A stretch of 51,643 bases of DNA, counting the filler, from Porpidia crustulata (lineage: Eukaryota), in NCBI GenBank assembly GCA_964255105.1. It is 3 parts of 3 records of this genome, joined end to end, with 100 filler letters (N's around TTAATTAATTAA, not from the genome) between each part and the next. Parts side by side here need not be neighbours in the genome. Positions count along the whole stretch, not along the records: positions 1 to 17,190 come from CAXUWE010000228.1; 2 more parts are not named here. The stretch is one strand, 5' to 3'. Of this stretch, positions 1 through 13,100 are shown piece after piece. The translations under genes and the position numbers were made by a program. The notes beneath the pieces are model-generated. The model saw only the letters and a program-made list of their open reading frames with translations. It did no database searches and was not told where the DNA came from. The number at the start of each line of letters is the position of its first letter. The first letter of the stretch is position 1.

Positions 1-87
1 CCGCTAGGAGGTGAAGGTTATTCCGACCCGAACCTTGTTACTTAACCTTTCTAGGTATGGTTCGTAACAGGAAACGGGATCGTAACA
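1..87 (-). mobile_element. Possible LTR-retrotransposon terminus (nested), truncated by window edge
   Basis: Minus strand reads TGTTACGATCCCGTTTCC-TGTTACGAACC: two TGTTACGA motifs typical of fungal LTR starts, at the point where the adjacent transposase fragment breaks off. No second LTR or coding region is visible. Confidence 0.3.
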
Positions 88-93
88 TTGAAA

Positions 94-310
94 CGTTAAT
101 TTTCGAATTGAAAAATTATTTTTTTGTGTTTTAACTTTATAAAAGATCTAAACAATCAGTTTAAAGCGCTGCTGTTTTGTTAATTTAATTGATGAAGTCA
201 TGACAATGTAATTGATAAAGATGAAAGATAGTTGATCAATTGTCGAGATATTTTCTTCATAACCCTAACCCCAAGGCTTAGGGTTTTCGAAGTAGGGGTA
301 TATACTAGTA
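94..310 (-). mobile_element. 5' end of a decayed pogo/Fot1-like (Tc1/mariner) DNA transposon
   Basis: Minus strand begins TACTAGTATATACCCCT (like the TIR at 41127), then GGGGTTAGGGTTA, then ATG at 201 giving MTSSIKLTKQQRFKLIV*IFYKVKTQKNNFSIRKLT, resembling the N-terminal HTH of pogo transposases. AT-rich with a stop, consistent with RIP-like decay. Confidence 0.5.
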
Positions 311-852
311 TTGCAGATTTCGAGCGCTCAGATGGAATGTCTTGAGATGGACGAAGCAGCCTTTTGGGCCTGAGACTTCTATGAACACAGCTTCGATGCA
401 GTCGATAGTCTTTGTCGCGCATTATAAAGAGCGTGGGTAGACCGCTTGGAAGTTACAGAGCGTCTGCTTTAGCCCCCCGCAACAGTGGAACAACCGAGAT
501 CTATCCCGTACGACTAGATACCACCTCATACACATATTCGATTAGGTACTCCGTACCACACATATCACACCCAATTCCCCGCACATTAGACACAGCCCTG
601 CAACCCAAGTCGCCGATATTCTGCTTGATGTGCTGTACTCTGGTATCTTTCGGCTGCTACATTGGGTGTCAGTAGCGACACGAGCATGGCGGCTAGAACT
701 ATGGCCGTACCTGGAGCATTGAGCTCACCCTTATTCATCAATACATTTGAGGTTCTACGATTAGTATTTCATATTGGACATTCGTTACAGCTTAGTACAG
801 CCATCGTCCTCGTCTTAATGTTGTATTCAGATGCAATTATAACGGATACCAA

Positions 853-2870
853 ATGTCCGAGAACTTCGACGTTGTTATCGTTGGAGCAGGACCTGTTGGT
901 CTTTTGCTCTCAGTATGCCTGGCACGCTGGGGATACAAACTAAAGCACATAGATAACAGAGATGTTCCAACAGTTACAGGTCGAGCGGATGGCATTCAGC
1001 CGCGATCACTCCATCTCTTACGCAATATGGGTCTGAAGCGGAAGATAATGGAGCACAGCCCAGCAAAGATCTACGAAGTAGCTTTCTGGAATCCAACATC
1101 CAATGGCACGGGCATTTACCGAAGTGGTAATCGGACAAGTTGCCCGAAGTTCATCGATGCGCGTTATCCATTCACAGCTCTCCTACACCAGGGTTTGATA
1201 GAGAGGGTGTTCATCGATGACCTCCATGAGAATGGAGCAGATGTGCAAAGACCTTGGACGATTACAGCTTTCGAGAACGACGGTGGAGATGCTACTTACC
1301 CGATCCAGGTCAAACTTAAGCATGTCAAGAACAACGAGGAGGAGACCGTACGAGCGAAATACCTGTTCAGCGGAGAAGGGGCTCGAAGTTTTGTACGGGA
1401 GCAGTTAGACATCAAGATCCAACATAAGGATCCGATATCCCACGTGTGGGGCGTTATGGACGGAGAAGTTCGGACTGATTTTCCAGATGTCAAAGTATGG
1501 GTTCGAGTAACAAGTACTCTCCAGATATTAACACATGGCAGATGAAATGCACGATCCACTCGAACCACGGCTCGATCATGATTATTCCTAGAGAAAACAA
1601 CATGGTACGGCTATATATACAGCTAGCTTCATCAACGGATAAAGACTTTGACCCCCGGAAACAAGCTACACCAGAGGAGGTTCAGGCGTCAGCAAGGAGA
1701 ATTCTTCAACCATATCATATCGAATGGGATCGTGTGGAGTGGTACTCCGTCTATCCTATAAGACAGGGCATCGCAGCAAAGTACACACTTGACTGTCGAG
1801 TGTTCATGGGTGGAGACTGTTGTCATACACACAGTGTATGTTGCACATATGAGTTTCAACCTCAAGGTATCGTTGTACTGATCGCTTCATAGCCAAAGGC
1901 AGGCCAAGGCATGAACACAGCTTTCCACGACGCCTTAAATCTTGCCTGGAAGATCCACCATGTTGAGGCAGGTTTTGCAAACCGATCGGTGCTCTCATCG
2001 TACGAGTCCGAGCGCAAATCCATCGCCGAGGACCTTTTGAATTTCGATGCCAAGTACGCGGGCCTGTTTTCTCAGCGGCAATCTTCTGCCAGCGAAGTCG
2101 GCCAAGTGTCGCAAAGTGGCAGTGATGGAGATGGCAAGCAGGAAGGAGAAGCCAACCAATTCGTTAAGGTTTTTAAGTCTAGCACAGAGTTCACATCTGG
2201 TTACGGAATCGCGTACGGTCCAAACGAGTATAATTGGTCAACAAGTCACCCAGCCAAATCCCCCCTCTTCAATCCAAATGGCAACGCGCTTCATCCCGGC
2301 CGAGTAATGCCAACCGCAAACGTGACGCGCGTCGTTGATGCCAACAAAGTGCATCTTGAGCAGGAGATACCTCTGAACGGGTCATTCCGAATATTTATCT
2401 TTGCAGGCGTACCTGCCCTTACTAAGCGTGCGGTTTCCGATTTTGCCACGAATCTGCAGAGGAAGAAAAGCTTTTATGCGCTGTACACGAGAGAAGATAT
2501 TGCAAAGGTTTCCTACCATGAGCGACACAATCCTCATTCCCACTTCTTCACCATCTGCACCATCTTTGCGGCATCGCGACCGAGTATTGAAATCTCGAAA
2601 CTTGTCCCTCCAGTATTAGCGCAGTACAGTGATCACATCTATGCCGACGACGTTTGGGATGCGAGGGTTCCGAAAGCAACAGCTTCAGCGCACGCGAAAA
2701 TGGGACTGAACGCAGAGCATGGCGGCGTGATAATCGTAAGGCCTGATGGGCACGTTGGCTGTGTTGTCAGTCTTGTGGCAGGAAGCGGAACGGTGGATGC
2801 ATTGAATGAATATTTCAGGGCCTTCGTTCCGAAGACGATTGGACAAATTGAGGTGCAGGCGCAATTGTAG
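853..2870 (+). CDS. FAD-dependent phenol 2-monooxygenase (phenol hydroxylase family); 3 exons
   Basis: Motifs [20 protein letters not shown] and [16 protein letters not shown], plus C-terminal [10 protein letters not shown] domain. GT-AG introns 1495-1541 and 1836-1892 join three ORFs in frame. Confidence 0.95.
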
Positions 2871-3731
2871 GCAGTCATTTCATTCGAATTCGTTGATGTC
2901 GCAGATTATTTAGAAGCAGTGTACTTGACAACTAGTGTTTTTGGGTAATGAACTACATAGTTACGCTACGTCATGGCTGTTGGATGATATTTCCTTCGTG
3001 TTAATGGAAAATCTGGAATTAGATAGCTTCTGCTGTAAAGGGCCCTGTCTTTTGTGCAAGTTGGCCCAATTTTCCAGATCATTTGAAGATTGACTAATTA
3101 GGCATGGGAATGTGGTTGGTAAAGCACTCCATTCATCATCATAAGTCAGAAATTATCAGCGAGGAGGGTATTACTCATGAATATAATGAAGATGACTTCA
3201 GCTGCGGAAGTAATTGGTCAAATATATCTGTTGAAGATCTAATAGTTGTTGGATCAAGGAGAATAACGGGAGGAGCCGCATTGACGAGCATGATCAGCAA
3301 CTACTCTAAGTACATCCCTGTTGCCAAGACCGGAAATCTAATATCTTGTCCGCTAATTCGAGTTTCAGAATCCAACCCCCTCCCCATTTTAGAATAGTAA
3401 CATGAGTACTTCCCTTATCATTTCTTTTACTGTTGTATGCTGTAAATCTCGAGCATACGATCTTTTCAGCTCTCTCAATCCGCTTGTAAACGCACACAAT
3501 TGACACCTTACTACCACAATTACCAATCAGGGTATGGAGCGTCCAGTCGAACCGGACCCAGGATCGTAACGTCGACTACTATTTACTCATCTGGAGGTAT
3601 CTAATGAAGGCTTCACAAAACCCGCACTTTGTAGATGGTAGATCATTAAATAAGCCAAAGGTATGTGGACACCACTCAAGCCTTGTCAAAGTACATTGCA
3701 TTGTAAGAAGCAGAGGCTGAGTATAGCCAGC

Positions 3732-6700
3732 ATGTCGAAATCGGCCCCTACACCGGGGACGCCCAGCGAAGGGCCACGAACTGGTCAAACAGAATGGTCG
3801 CCATTTATTCCAGCTATTGGCGTCGAGGAGCCGCTTCAAAACGTTGTTCACAAGCTGTCCCTGTCAGTATAGTGTGTTTTCTACGGTTCCACCGACATCT
3901 CCATATTACTTTACACGGTATCTCATGAGCGGATGCTTAGACTTTCGGCGCTTGCCCTTAACGAATGCTTGGAATCTTCTTCTCAGTCATGAATGGATAA
4001 TTTACAAGCTAGGAGCTGTGATGCTAGACCAGTTGCAAATTCATCTCACAGCGGAAACGGAATAAGTGGAAGCTGATCTACCTCAGATATTTCATAGATG
4101 TTATACAAGCCCCTCATACGTTCGAGCAGCTAAGGACTGCTGCCGTTGGGCATATTCTGGGGCCATTACTTGAAGCTTTGTCACACAAATCCCAGTCTTC
4201 CCATATCGTCGCTGCGCTGCTGTTGGTGCTGCCTTGACCTCAAGCAAAGAACGATATCACTGATCTAATCTAGAATTCTCAAATGGCACTTTGCTTCTGT
4301 CGGCGATGATCGCGGCCTCAATGAAGCGCGGGGCTACGCGTGTGAGATCGTAGCTTGGAGAATACTACACCACCTCTCTGAACCCGAATTAATAGACCTT
4401 CTCTTACACGAGCTTCCTGCGGCCAATCAGACCTTGGGACGGGCTTCTGACGCCGAAATAAATGTGGGCGATGAGCTTGGTTATGGCAGTCCTTCCTTAA
4501 ATGAATTGACGGATGAATACTCTAGTCTTCTCCAAGGGCATCACGTTTCGCCAAGAAGACTCGTAACATTCCGACGCCTCGAACCGCGATACCTAGAGCA
4601 AACACATTGCTCTCATGACAGCATGAAGTTTTCGTTTGAAGAAGATCCGACACTACCTTTCGTGGGCTTGAACGCCCTGGAGATTGCTGCAGTCGTTGAT
4701 GCTAAAAAGTTCCTCAGCCAATCAGTGGTGCAGAGCATTGTGAACAGCATATGGTATATACAAATTATATCACATGTTCGCTTTTGTTTTGTTGACAGCA
4801 TTGCATTGCCAAAATATATGCTGAACTATTATTGAGGTGGACTGGCTTACACTTTCATTCATAGGTCTGGGGAGATCATCTTCTGGGAATCGCTCAGTGT
4901 GTATACAAAGAAGAGGGCTCAGATCTACAATAAGAGGTAAGCTTCGTACTTATTTATACTCTTTGGCATCAGTGAATTGTTGGAAAAACTTTCCAGGTTT
5001 GGGCCCTGTCATTGCCAGAATTTTATTATCCACCTCTTCCTTTCGAGGAATATAGATTACGCCACAAGCTGAACAGAGTCTTTCGTGTGGACTGACAAGA
5101 CTCCCCCGGCCTTTTGGCTTACCAACGACAAGATTAATCTCATCTTAGTCATCTCTTCATTAAGACAAAAGCTCATGGATGTTCAGGAAAGCCGATCCTT
5201 ACTCGAGACTCCGGGTCCCCAAATATCAGAAGATATTTGAAGCACTCTTCTTTGCCATGTTCTTAGGACTCTACTATGTCGTACTAATCGAACGGAATCC
5301 TCGAGATATTACAACAGCTGAAGTACTGTTATACCTATGGATTACGGCATTCGCGTATGAGGAGTTTGGAGAGCTCAAGGACGCCGGCACTTTGTTTTAC
5401 GCAGTAGACTTCTGGAGCCTCTGGGATATTGGTATCATCGGGATTGGCTTTGCGTATCTCGTGTCAAGTACGTGCATTGTGCGCATCTTGTGCGCCTCGG
5501 ATTACAGGCCCAAGTGTTTCTAGCTGCCTCACTGAGGGCTCACAACTACATACCTAGTGGGACTGATGATTTGCTGACGTGGGCCCTACTTAGGAACTGT
5601 TGGTCTATTAAAAGGAAACGGTCACATCATTGACATTTCATTCGACATCCTTTCACTCGAAGCGTTATTCCTAGTACCTCGAATCTGTTCTCTGCTCAGC
5701 CTCCATCCTTATTTCGGGACTCTAGTAAGGAGAGACTTAGCCAGCGCTGTTCGGCTGATTGTAAGCTAACAGTGAAAATTAGATACCGTGCCTGAAAGAG
5801 ATGGTACGTTGCAAGAATCTTTGGCTCGGAGATGTCAAGACCTAAGGCTGATTATGGTCTTCGCCACAGACAAAGGACTTTGTCAAGTTTCTTGGTATTG
5901 TCATTATACTTTTCCTTGGTAAGATGTTCTGCCACACTTTCAAGCATACAGGCTGACTGCCACAAGGCTTCCTGACCTGCTTCGCTTTCTTAGCACGAGA
6001 GCATTTTTCGGCTACAGAGATTTGGTGGGTACTCATCAAAGTATTTTTTGGGTGAGGCTGGCGCACTCCCTTTGCATGATTTGAATGTGGTAGCTAATAT
6101 TACTGATGCAGCTCGAGCTACCTCGGTTTCGTGAGTGGGTTTCGAACAGTTCTTATCCAATGAATATTGTATTAATGCGCTTCGGGCGGGCAGGACATTG
6201 CTTCGGAAGTACGTGATGAGGCAAAGCCTTATCGCTTTATCCCTGCAGAGTGGCAAATCAGCCTGCTAATTGGTCAATGCAGATTTCGCCTGCGCTTGGG
6301 CCGACGGTTAGCTCTTCCGGATCACCCTGCTTGGACTTGCATCAGAATGCAGTCACGCTCTACGCTTGAATGCCTACTAATCGCTTCCCTAGCTAATGCT
6401 ATGCTTTGTGGTATTGACCAATATCCTTCTCTTGACCTCACTCATTGCTATCCTTAGCCAGAGCTTGACCAAGGTATGTGTGACACCGGCCAGACTAGGA
6501 ATATTCCCCAGCGACATTGACGGGCGATGTGCGCGTCGAGGCAGCCCCGTTCCCACTAGGACTCGGTCTCAGGGTATAAAAATAGGAATACTAAAATCTA
6601 ATAGGTCATGGATCATGCCCGAGAAGAATATCTGTTCCAGTAAGTTCAGCCACGAAACATAGCCAGAAGAACGCTTATGCTGTATCATATCTAGGTATTC

Positions 6701-7413
6701 GGTATTCGTATTGGAGGTTAGTCGTGATTCAAGTCAGTACGCAGCAATTCACTAAGACGGCCGCGGGCACAGGCATCCGCATCCCGGCGCTTAACTTATT
6801 ATCTCCCTCCACTGGTATGTGCTCGAATTTCTCGTTCAATTACCTGCGTATACCGCGCCATCATATCACGCCTGCCTGAAATGGGTGTTGGCAATCTTCA
6901 CGGTGATGTGGTGGAGCGCGGGTTCTGTGTCTCCACAATCGCGAGCACAAGCTGCTTCCGCGCGTTAAATGAATTCGTGTGGATTACTGACTTGAAGATG
7001 TACAGAATCTAATACCCTTGGTTCTATTTCGACCATTACGGCTTTGCATTGCGGCGGAGACACTTCGTAGCGCCCGTATCGTACTTCTAAAGATCACGCA
7101 TCTACCATATGTGGCCGCGATATGGGCCTATGAACGATCTACCCAATATCTCACTCGGAAGAGCGATAGTTCGCAATACGTGCCACGTCAAAAACATCTC
7201 CTTCATGCAGGGCGACCCAGGTCGATGCACAAACCATCTGGCTACTTGGTGGTTAGACGTCAATCTGAAGGATCCCTACTGCCCAAGACTCCGGTCAGCG
7301 AAGCTCACCCACCAAGAGTCAAAAGAAAAGACTCGAAAATAGTCGAGTTAGAGAAAGTATGGTGTGACGGAAATAGCATCTACGGCCGTATTAAATAGGG
7401 TGCAAAAGACTGA
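3732..7413 (+). CDS. Yvc1/TRP-like non-selective cation channel, about 15 introns with several microexons; 3' end uncertain
   Basis: Spliced translation gives PHTFEQLRT, NEARGYACEIVAW, LNALEIAAVVDAKKFLSQ, DPYSRLRVPKY, FDILSLEALFLVPRICSLLSLHPYFGTL, LTNILLLTSLIAILSQS and YYLPPLNLIPL; GT..AG boundaries with branch sites throughout. Confidence 0.85.
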
Positions 7414-8318
7414 TAATGGACGCTGGCGCAGTGTGCTTTCATATGCATCGGAAGAAGAAGGAACATGGATGCTGTGACAACCGGGTCTGTCCGAGCGCGA
7501 ATTTATGTGAGTGTTTCAGAATTGCAAATCCGGAGGCCCAGGGGATTGAAACACAAGATCGACGGCTACTCCCACGTGTCTATCCACGCAGGTCACGATC
7601 CGCCACAACTACGTGCAATCCTCCTTACAAAGTAAGAGACCAGAATCAACATCGTGATAAACATATCTCAATAGATGAGCATCATCGTTATTGTACCCGC
7701 ATCAGAGATGGTTGCACAGACCGCCAGGAGCAGTGTATTGATTGAAGCTGCGGAGAAGGGCGACAAGTTCTTTCCTTGCTCTCGCTGATGACTGTTATCG
7801 AGTTTGAATCTCTTATTTGCGATAAACGCACATGGCTGTAGCTCGAAAGCAGGGATACTTGATCGAGCGGGCACGTATGGTTGATGCCAAAGCCGGTCAG
7901 TGGACTGCGCCTTGCTCGCCTTGAAGGGGAAATGAGTTGCGAGATTATGGTCGGTTCGTTTCAAAAGCCGAAACCAGGCTAACTGAGTGAAGCACAAGAC
8001 TAGTCCCCATTGGAGCCATCGCAATACAGCCCGACTCTCAGACGCTAGCGTATTACTTCCTACGATACCGTACCGTACGGATCAACGGTTCCTGCTAGCG
8101 TGAACAGCTGAAGGAATACGCTAAGGTAAGTCCCACTTCCCACTGAATGCGACTCTTTACATGCAGTCGAGGCGGAGGGCATGCACTATGCAGCCAAGAT
8201 GCAACAAGCATCGCACTAATTCCCTTTAGCTTCAAAATACATGTAATCTCGCCCAGGACGGTCAAGTGTCTATCTCAGGTACACTACCTTACTCGTTAAG
8301 GTGCTTTTGCCTTACTCA

Positions 8319-8338
8319 ACTAAGGTACGTACCTTAGT
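8319..8338. promoter_or_regulatory. 20-bp perfect palindrome ACTAAGGTACGTACCTTAGT upstream of the C2H2 gene
   Basis: Directly visible; lies among further TAAGGT/ACCTTA half-sites (about 8122-8340). Regulatory role is inferred only. Confidence 0.35.
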
Positions 8339-8829
8339 ACTTGACCTGACTGTTCAAACGGCAAACCACGACTGATGTCCCCGTTGCTTTGCACTGCTTG
8401 ATATTAATTACTTGTTCTGTATTAATTGTCGTCGTTGGCGTTGGCTATTTATTTACATTAATGCGATTTCATGATTACCTACCTGCCTACCCTACCTGAC
8501 GCTGTCATATCTCCATCGCCTGGATAGCGCCTTATTGCCTTGAGGGAACTTTACTTATCAGGACCCACCCCCACAACTGCGCCTGCTTCAGTCCAACATT
8601 CATATATCAGCCTGCTCACCTACTGTCATCCACTTTCATACACTACCTCCTCGTTACTGAACCCTCGTTTGTCTCATTGACAATACCATCGCATGCTTAA
8701 TATTGCCCGTTCCTCCACTCCCAATCTTCGTTGCCTCTCACATATAACAACCGTCTTTACCACCTTAATTGTGTAGCTTGGGAAAAGTCTCAGCTGCACT
8801 CCTCCACCAGCGCCGCTCGGACTAGGAAT

Positions 8830-10142
8830 ATGATGACTCTTACGCCACAGTCGATGCGATCGCCAGTCTCATCACCGTACAATCAGCACTCCAAACAATC
8901 TTTCTCGTCTCAAAGACCTTTCTACCCTACTACTCCCCAACTTGAACCTTCGTCCCTGGAGTCGGTCCAAAACCGCGGTCTTGGATTGTTCAACTGCTCC
9001 TTAGCACCATCGCAGAGCACGGTCAACGCACTCCCACCGTCACCTCAACCTTCCGACGGCTGGTCACACTCGTCCATGATGGACCAAGACTTTCCCCAAT
9101 CGTCCCAGCCACCTGACATATTCACGGCTGCTTATGATCCATTCTCGGGATTTTCTGCTGCTTCCAATACCGGCATGGTATCCGGCCGTTCTCCCGAGGC
9201 GCCTGGCCTCGTGTATTGCCAAACTCCCCCAGATACCAACCTACCGTCACATCGATCATCTGTATCATCCTCATACACACCAACCGAAGCCTACACTCAC
9301 AATGGCTCGGGGCTACTATACACGCCGCAGGTTAAAGTTGAGGACGCAAGCGAATGGTATCCTTCCGTGGGTAATGGCCCAATTATTCACAGAGGTTTGG
9401 CTACTCAAGGTCTTACCAATTATTCCAATAACATATCGCCCGCCAGCGCCGCCCCCGCTGGTGAATGGCCAAAACCAGCTCTTACTGGATACCCTATCGA
9501 ATTACGTAGTACCGATGACAGCGCAGTGCAAAAGTACAACATTCCCTCAATACCTTCCAATTTCACTCGGACCAAAAAGAAACGCCAACGAACCACTCCT
9601 GAAGAGGCAACCCACGAGTGCCGCGTATGCGGAAAATTATTCAAAAGAAGCTACAACTGGAAATCACACCTCGAGACCCACAATCCTGAGCGCAAATATC
9701 CGCATCCATGTGCACACGTGATCGGTGACACTCCGTGTACTAAAAAGTTTCAACGGAAAACCGACTTGGACAGACACGTTGACAGTGTAAGTTTGAACAA
9801 ATCTTGGGAGCTTCAGTTATGATATTAATTGAGCTTTAGGTGCACCTCAAAGCTCGTAACCACCGATGCACTCTGTGCGGGAACCGATTCGCTCGGCGAG
9901 ACACTCTCAGAAGACACACCGATGACGGTTGCCCCAAGCGATTTGACCTTGGATTCCGCGAGGGCTCCGCAGCCGCTCCAGGCAGATGGGCTCTTGCCAA
10001 TTTCCCCGCGCGCAGCAGATCCTTCAGTGTTGGCACGCAACAGCCGTCTCCAATAACACCACAGCCTGGGCATTTGGTTTCATCCGCAACATTTCCTGTC
10101 TTCCACGGTACTGCCAACGGGTCCTCGAATTATCCATCGTGA
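8830..10142 (+). CDS. C2H2 zinc-finger transcription factor (three fingers); 2 exons
   Basis: CRVCGKLFKRSYNWKSHLETH, CAHVIGDTPCTKKFQRKTDLDRHVDSVH, CTLCGNRFARRDTLRRH; intron 9787-9839; S/P-rich N-terminus; KKKRQR basic motif. Confidence 0.93.
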
Positions 10143-13100
10143 ACGATGACGCAAGTGTGTCGGGACCGCGACTTTTGGTTGTAACGTTGGACCGAAAGTA
10201 GCGATCCTTGCAGACAGGAAGGATTTGCAATGGATTCAGCATGCTGTACCCACTCGGAAGAGGCGTTAGGTGACCGGACAATTCAGACTGTGCTTTTGTG
10301 TTTCATGTTACGATATGCTTTGACGGATCACGGACGGATTTTCCACACTGGAGGGGCTTAGTGCACTGACACACTGGGTGGCGGGGCGTTTCGACTTTAG
10401 GGTACACTTACGGCACTTAACCGTGAAAGGGTTCCCATCTATGATTTGTGAGTACTTATGGGGGTTTTATGTCATCATAATCATCCACAGCCTCCACTCT
10501 GATGAGCGACTGTTGATTAGTGGAACTGCGGTATGTACGAGTACGGTGTCATGTTATTATTCCAGGATACAATGGACGGCTACACAACGCGTGCATTTTC
10601 GATGCATAGAATAAATAAAAATGGGGGCGGGAACCATTTCCTCGGCCCTGGGTAGATACCTTGACGTTTGCAATACCGATGCCAGCGACTATCGTCTCAA
10701 TTCTTCTCGAGTCTCACTATCATTGCTCTACAGTAGAGCTTGCGCAGATTTTTCCAAATTAATATTGTGCAAGTGTGCAAAGTCAGCTTAGAAGGCAGCT
10801 GAAAATAGACCACGGCGGTCTTAATTTCTGCTGCCCACCTACCTATCATTTCCATCCGTCCATCCATCCATCCACAAATCCGTCTTCCCACAGCCCACCA
10901 TTCGAGCTTCAGACAGCACGAGTAAGCATGCGTTTGCAGTCCTCTACCTTCGCGTCCGACATCTTTAGCTAGGTTTGCCTGATTGCCTCGAGCGATGTGG
11001 ACGGCCAATGACACGTCGTTACTTGGAGGGGTGGATGTTGGACGGTGACCCTGGTTCGTCATTGGCGCTTACAGAGTACCTGGCATTCGATCCACCAAGT
11101 CAACCGTCGCACACCCACACCCACCGCCGGGGGAGTGCCTAGTCGCAGATGAGCCAATCGTCCACCGGCGTGAGGCTGAACGAAGCCGTCTGTCGTGTCC
11201 GTAAGAGCGGATGACCACGTTTCTATTTGCGCATCATTACCGGGACGCGTTAGACACAGCATATGCAGCCTCTGCAGGCATATTCGAGGTATCAGCTACT
11301 GCGCAGCTAGGGCGACGATGAATTCCTTAGTCGAGAATTCGAAGGATTCAGATGCTTGCGCAACGTCCACACAGCCCACTGCAAGTAATTACGACAGGAT
11401 TGATTCACCGTTCGCTTGGACCTCGCATCTCCCACCAAATCCAGAAATTGTCAGAGCTTGATCGCTGACCATTCGGAGCTGCTACTCCGATCATGGCGAC
11501 GATAGAAATCACGGGGTCGCCCGCTGGCAACACAGGTCTTCAGCTCGACCCAGGGAGCCAGGTGTGCGGCATGGAGGAAGCGCCGGCGCTTCCGAAGCGT
11601 TGGATATTCTCACACGGGAACCCGCGAGTGCAGAGTGGGGAGCCGGGACAAGATGCGCAAAGGTGCCCATGTTCGCAGGATTATTATCACAGCTGACACA
11701 TCATTGATAAACATGTTGGTGGATGCATTCGACGGGACAAGTCTCACAAGGGCCACTCTACCGTGTCTACTCAATTCTGGGTGATCATCATGACAACAAC
11801 GCTGATTGCTATCAGCTTGCAGAGGGAGTTCTTATCTGTCTAGTGAAGTAACGTCAGAATCCTACCTTTCAAATCATCAAGTTTCGGACTTGATCACTAC
11901 GACACCTCGAACTAACGATGCAGACTGCTATCGTTGGCACTACTCTATGTGCTATGCCCCTCCGGACTTGCGCACATTACGGAGAACAACTCGCAATCCC
12001 GTGACTCGACGGGCTCGCCGTAAACGGGTTATCCCGTAGATAGTTCGAGTGTCGTACCTTATGTACTTACCTGACTATGTGATGGCGACGGCCACTCCGT
12101 CCAATGGGATTACCCTAGGGTCCGTCTATATTATCGACTTACTCGAAGTTGATGGGCGAATAACGCCATCTATCATGCTAAGTCGCTTAAGCTTTTGGCT
12201 AATTTGTCGTGCTCCATGGTACATCTGCACCTTGGTTACTACGATCGTTAATAGGACACGTTCACACTTAGGAAAAAAATTAATTTCATCTTTCAACGGG
12301 GTGAACGAGCAGTGGTATTCCCTCTTGGACGGCAACATAAGCAGTGCACCGTGCCATGGTGATACAACGCTTGTGCTGGCTGCGGCAACTCTATCTGGCG
12401 TACCTGAACCTATCTCGCCGTTGTTCTTCACTGGGTTTGATAGCGTAACCTAATGAACTCTGGAGAATGTTGGCGACATTGACACCCTTCAAACACGCCC
12501 GCTACCATACTCCATACGTCGATGAGGCTGTGTCATCTCAAACATGAGCTTGACATATGAAGCAGGGACCGTTGATTGTTAGCCATGCACTTGCGTTCGT
12601 GCACAACTTTATTCCACACCGGGAGAGCAAGTGCTGGTGCCAACGTGATCAGAAATCTTTAGGGTGTCCTTCTGAACCAATAATGCCTTTCAAAATCCTG
12701 GCATGCTCATACTTGGAGGCTCGAGTGACTCGTGGGAATTGGGGGCCGGTTCATCCGTCACTCCATATTGCTCGACTTGAGCTTGTTATTCCGATGGGAA
12801 ATTTCACATGGCTGCTGGGAACGCTGAAAGTGCGCTTAGGCAGGGAGTTATCATTGATGGAAATACCAGAACGGTGAGTGGCTATGAAGTTGAGGGCATC
12901 CACACTTTCGCACAACCTAAAAGACCCCAATCAGCAAATCGGATGCTACCGACTGATTGCCATGTGTTGGTGGCTGAGCGGGATTTGCACAAGCAGCCTT
13001 AGCGAGTTAGTTTCCCCGCTCCATCCCCTGTCAGTGACGCTAATGCTAACGATACGGTATATTACCATGCAGGGGGCGTGGGAGATCTGATACGGTTTCA

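Noticed and set aside
853..2870. Phenol monooxygenase as part of the CAR/UbiA cluster
   Set aside because: Different contig, separated by a spacer and unrelated genes.
5553..6560. 10-nt complementarity CCTAGTGGGA (5553) / TCCCACTAGG (6551) between two channel introns
   Set aside because: Several 10-mer matches are expected by chance in a 4-kb gene and the match does not extend.
8830..10142. Naming the C2H2 factor (e.g. brlA)
   Set aside because: Finger number and sequence do not match BrlA as I know it; no confident orthologue assignment without a search.
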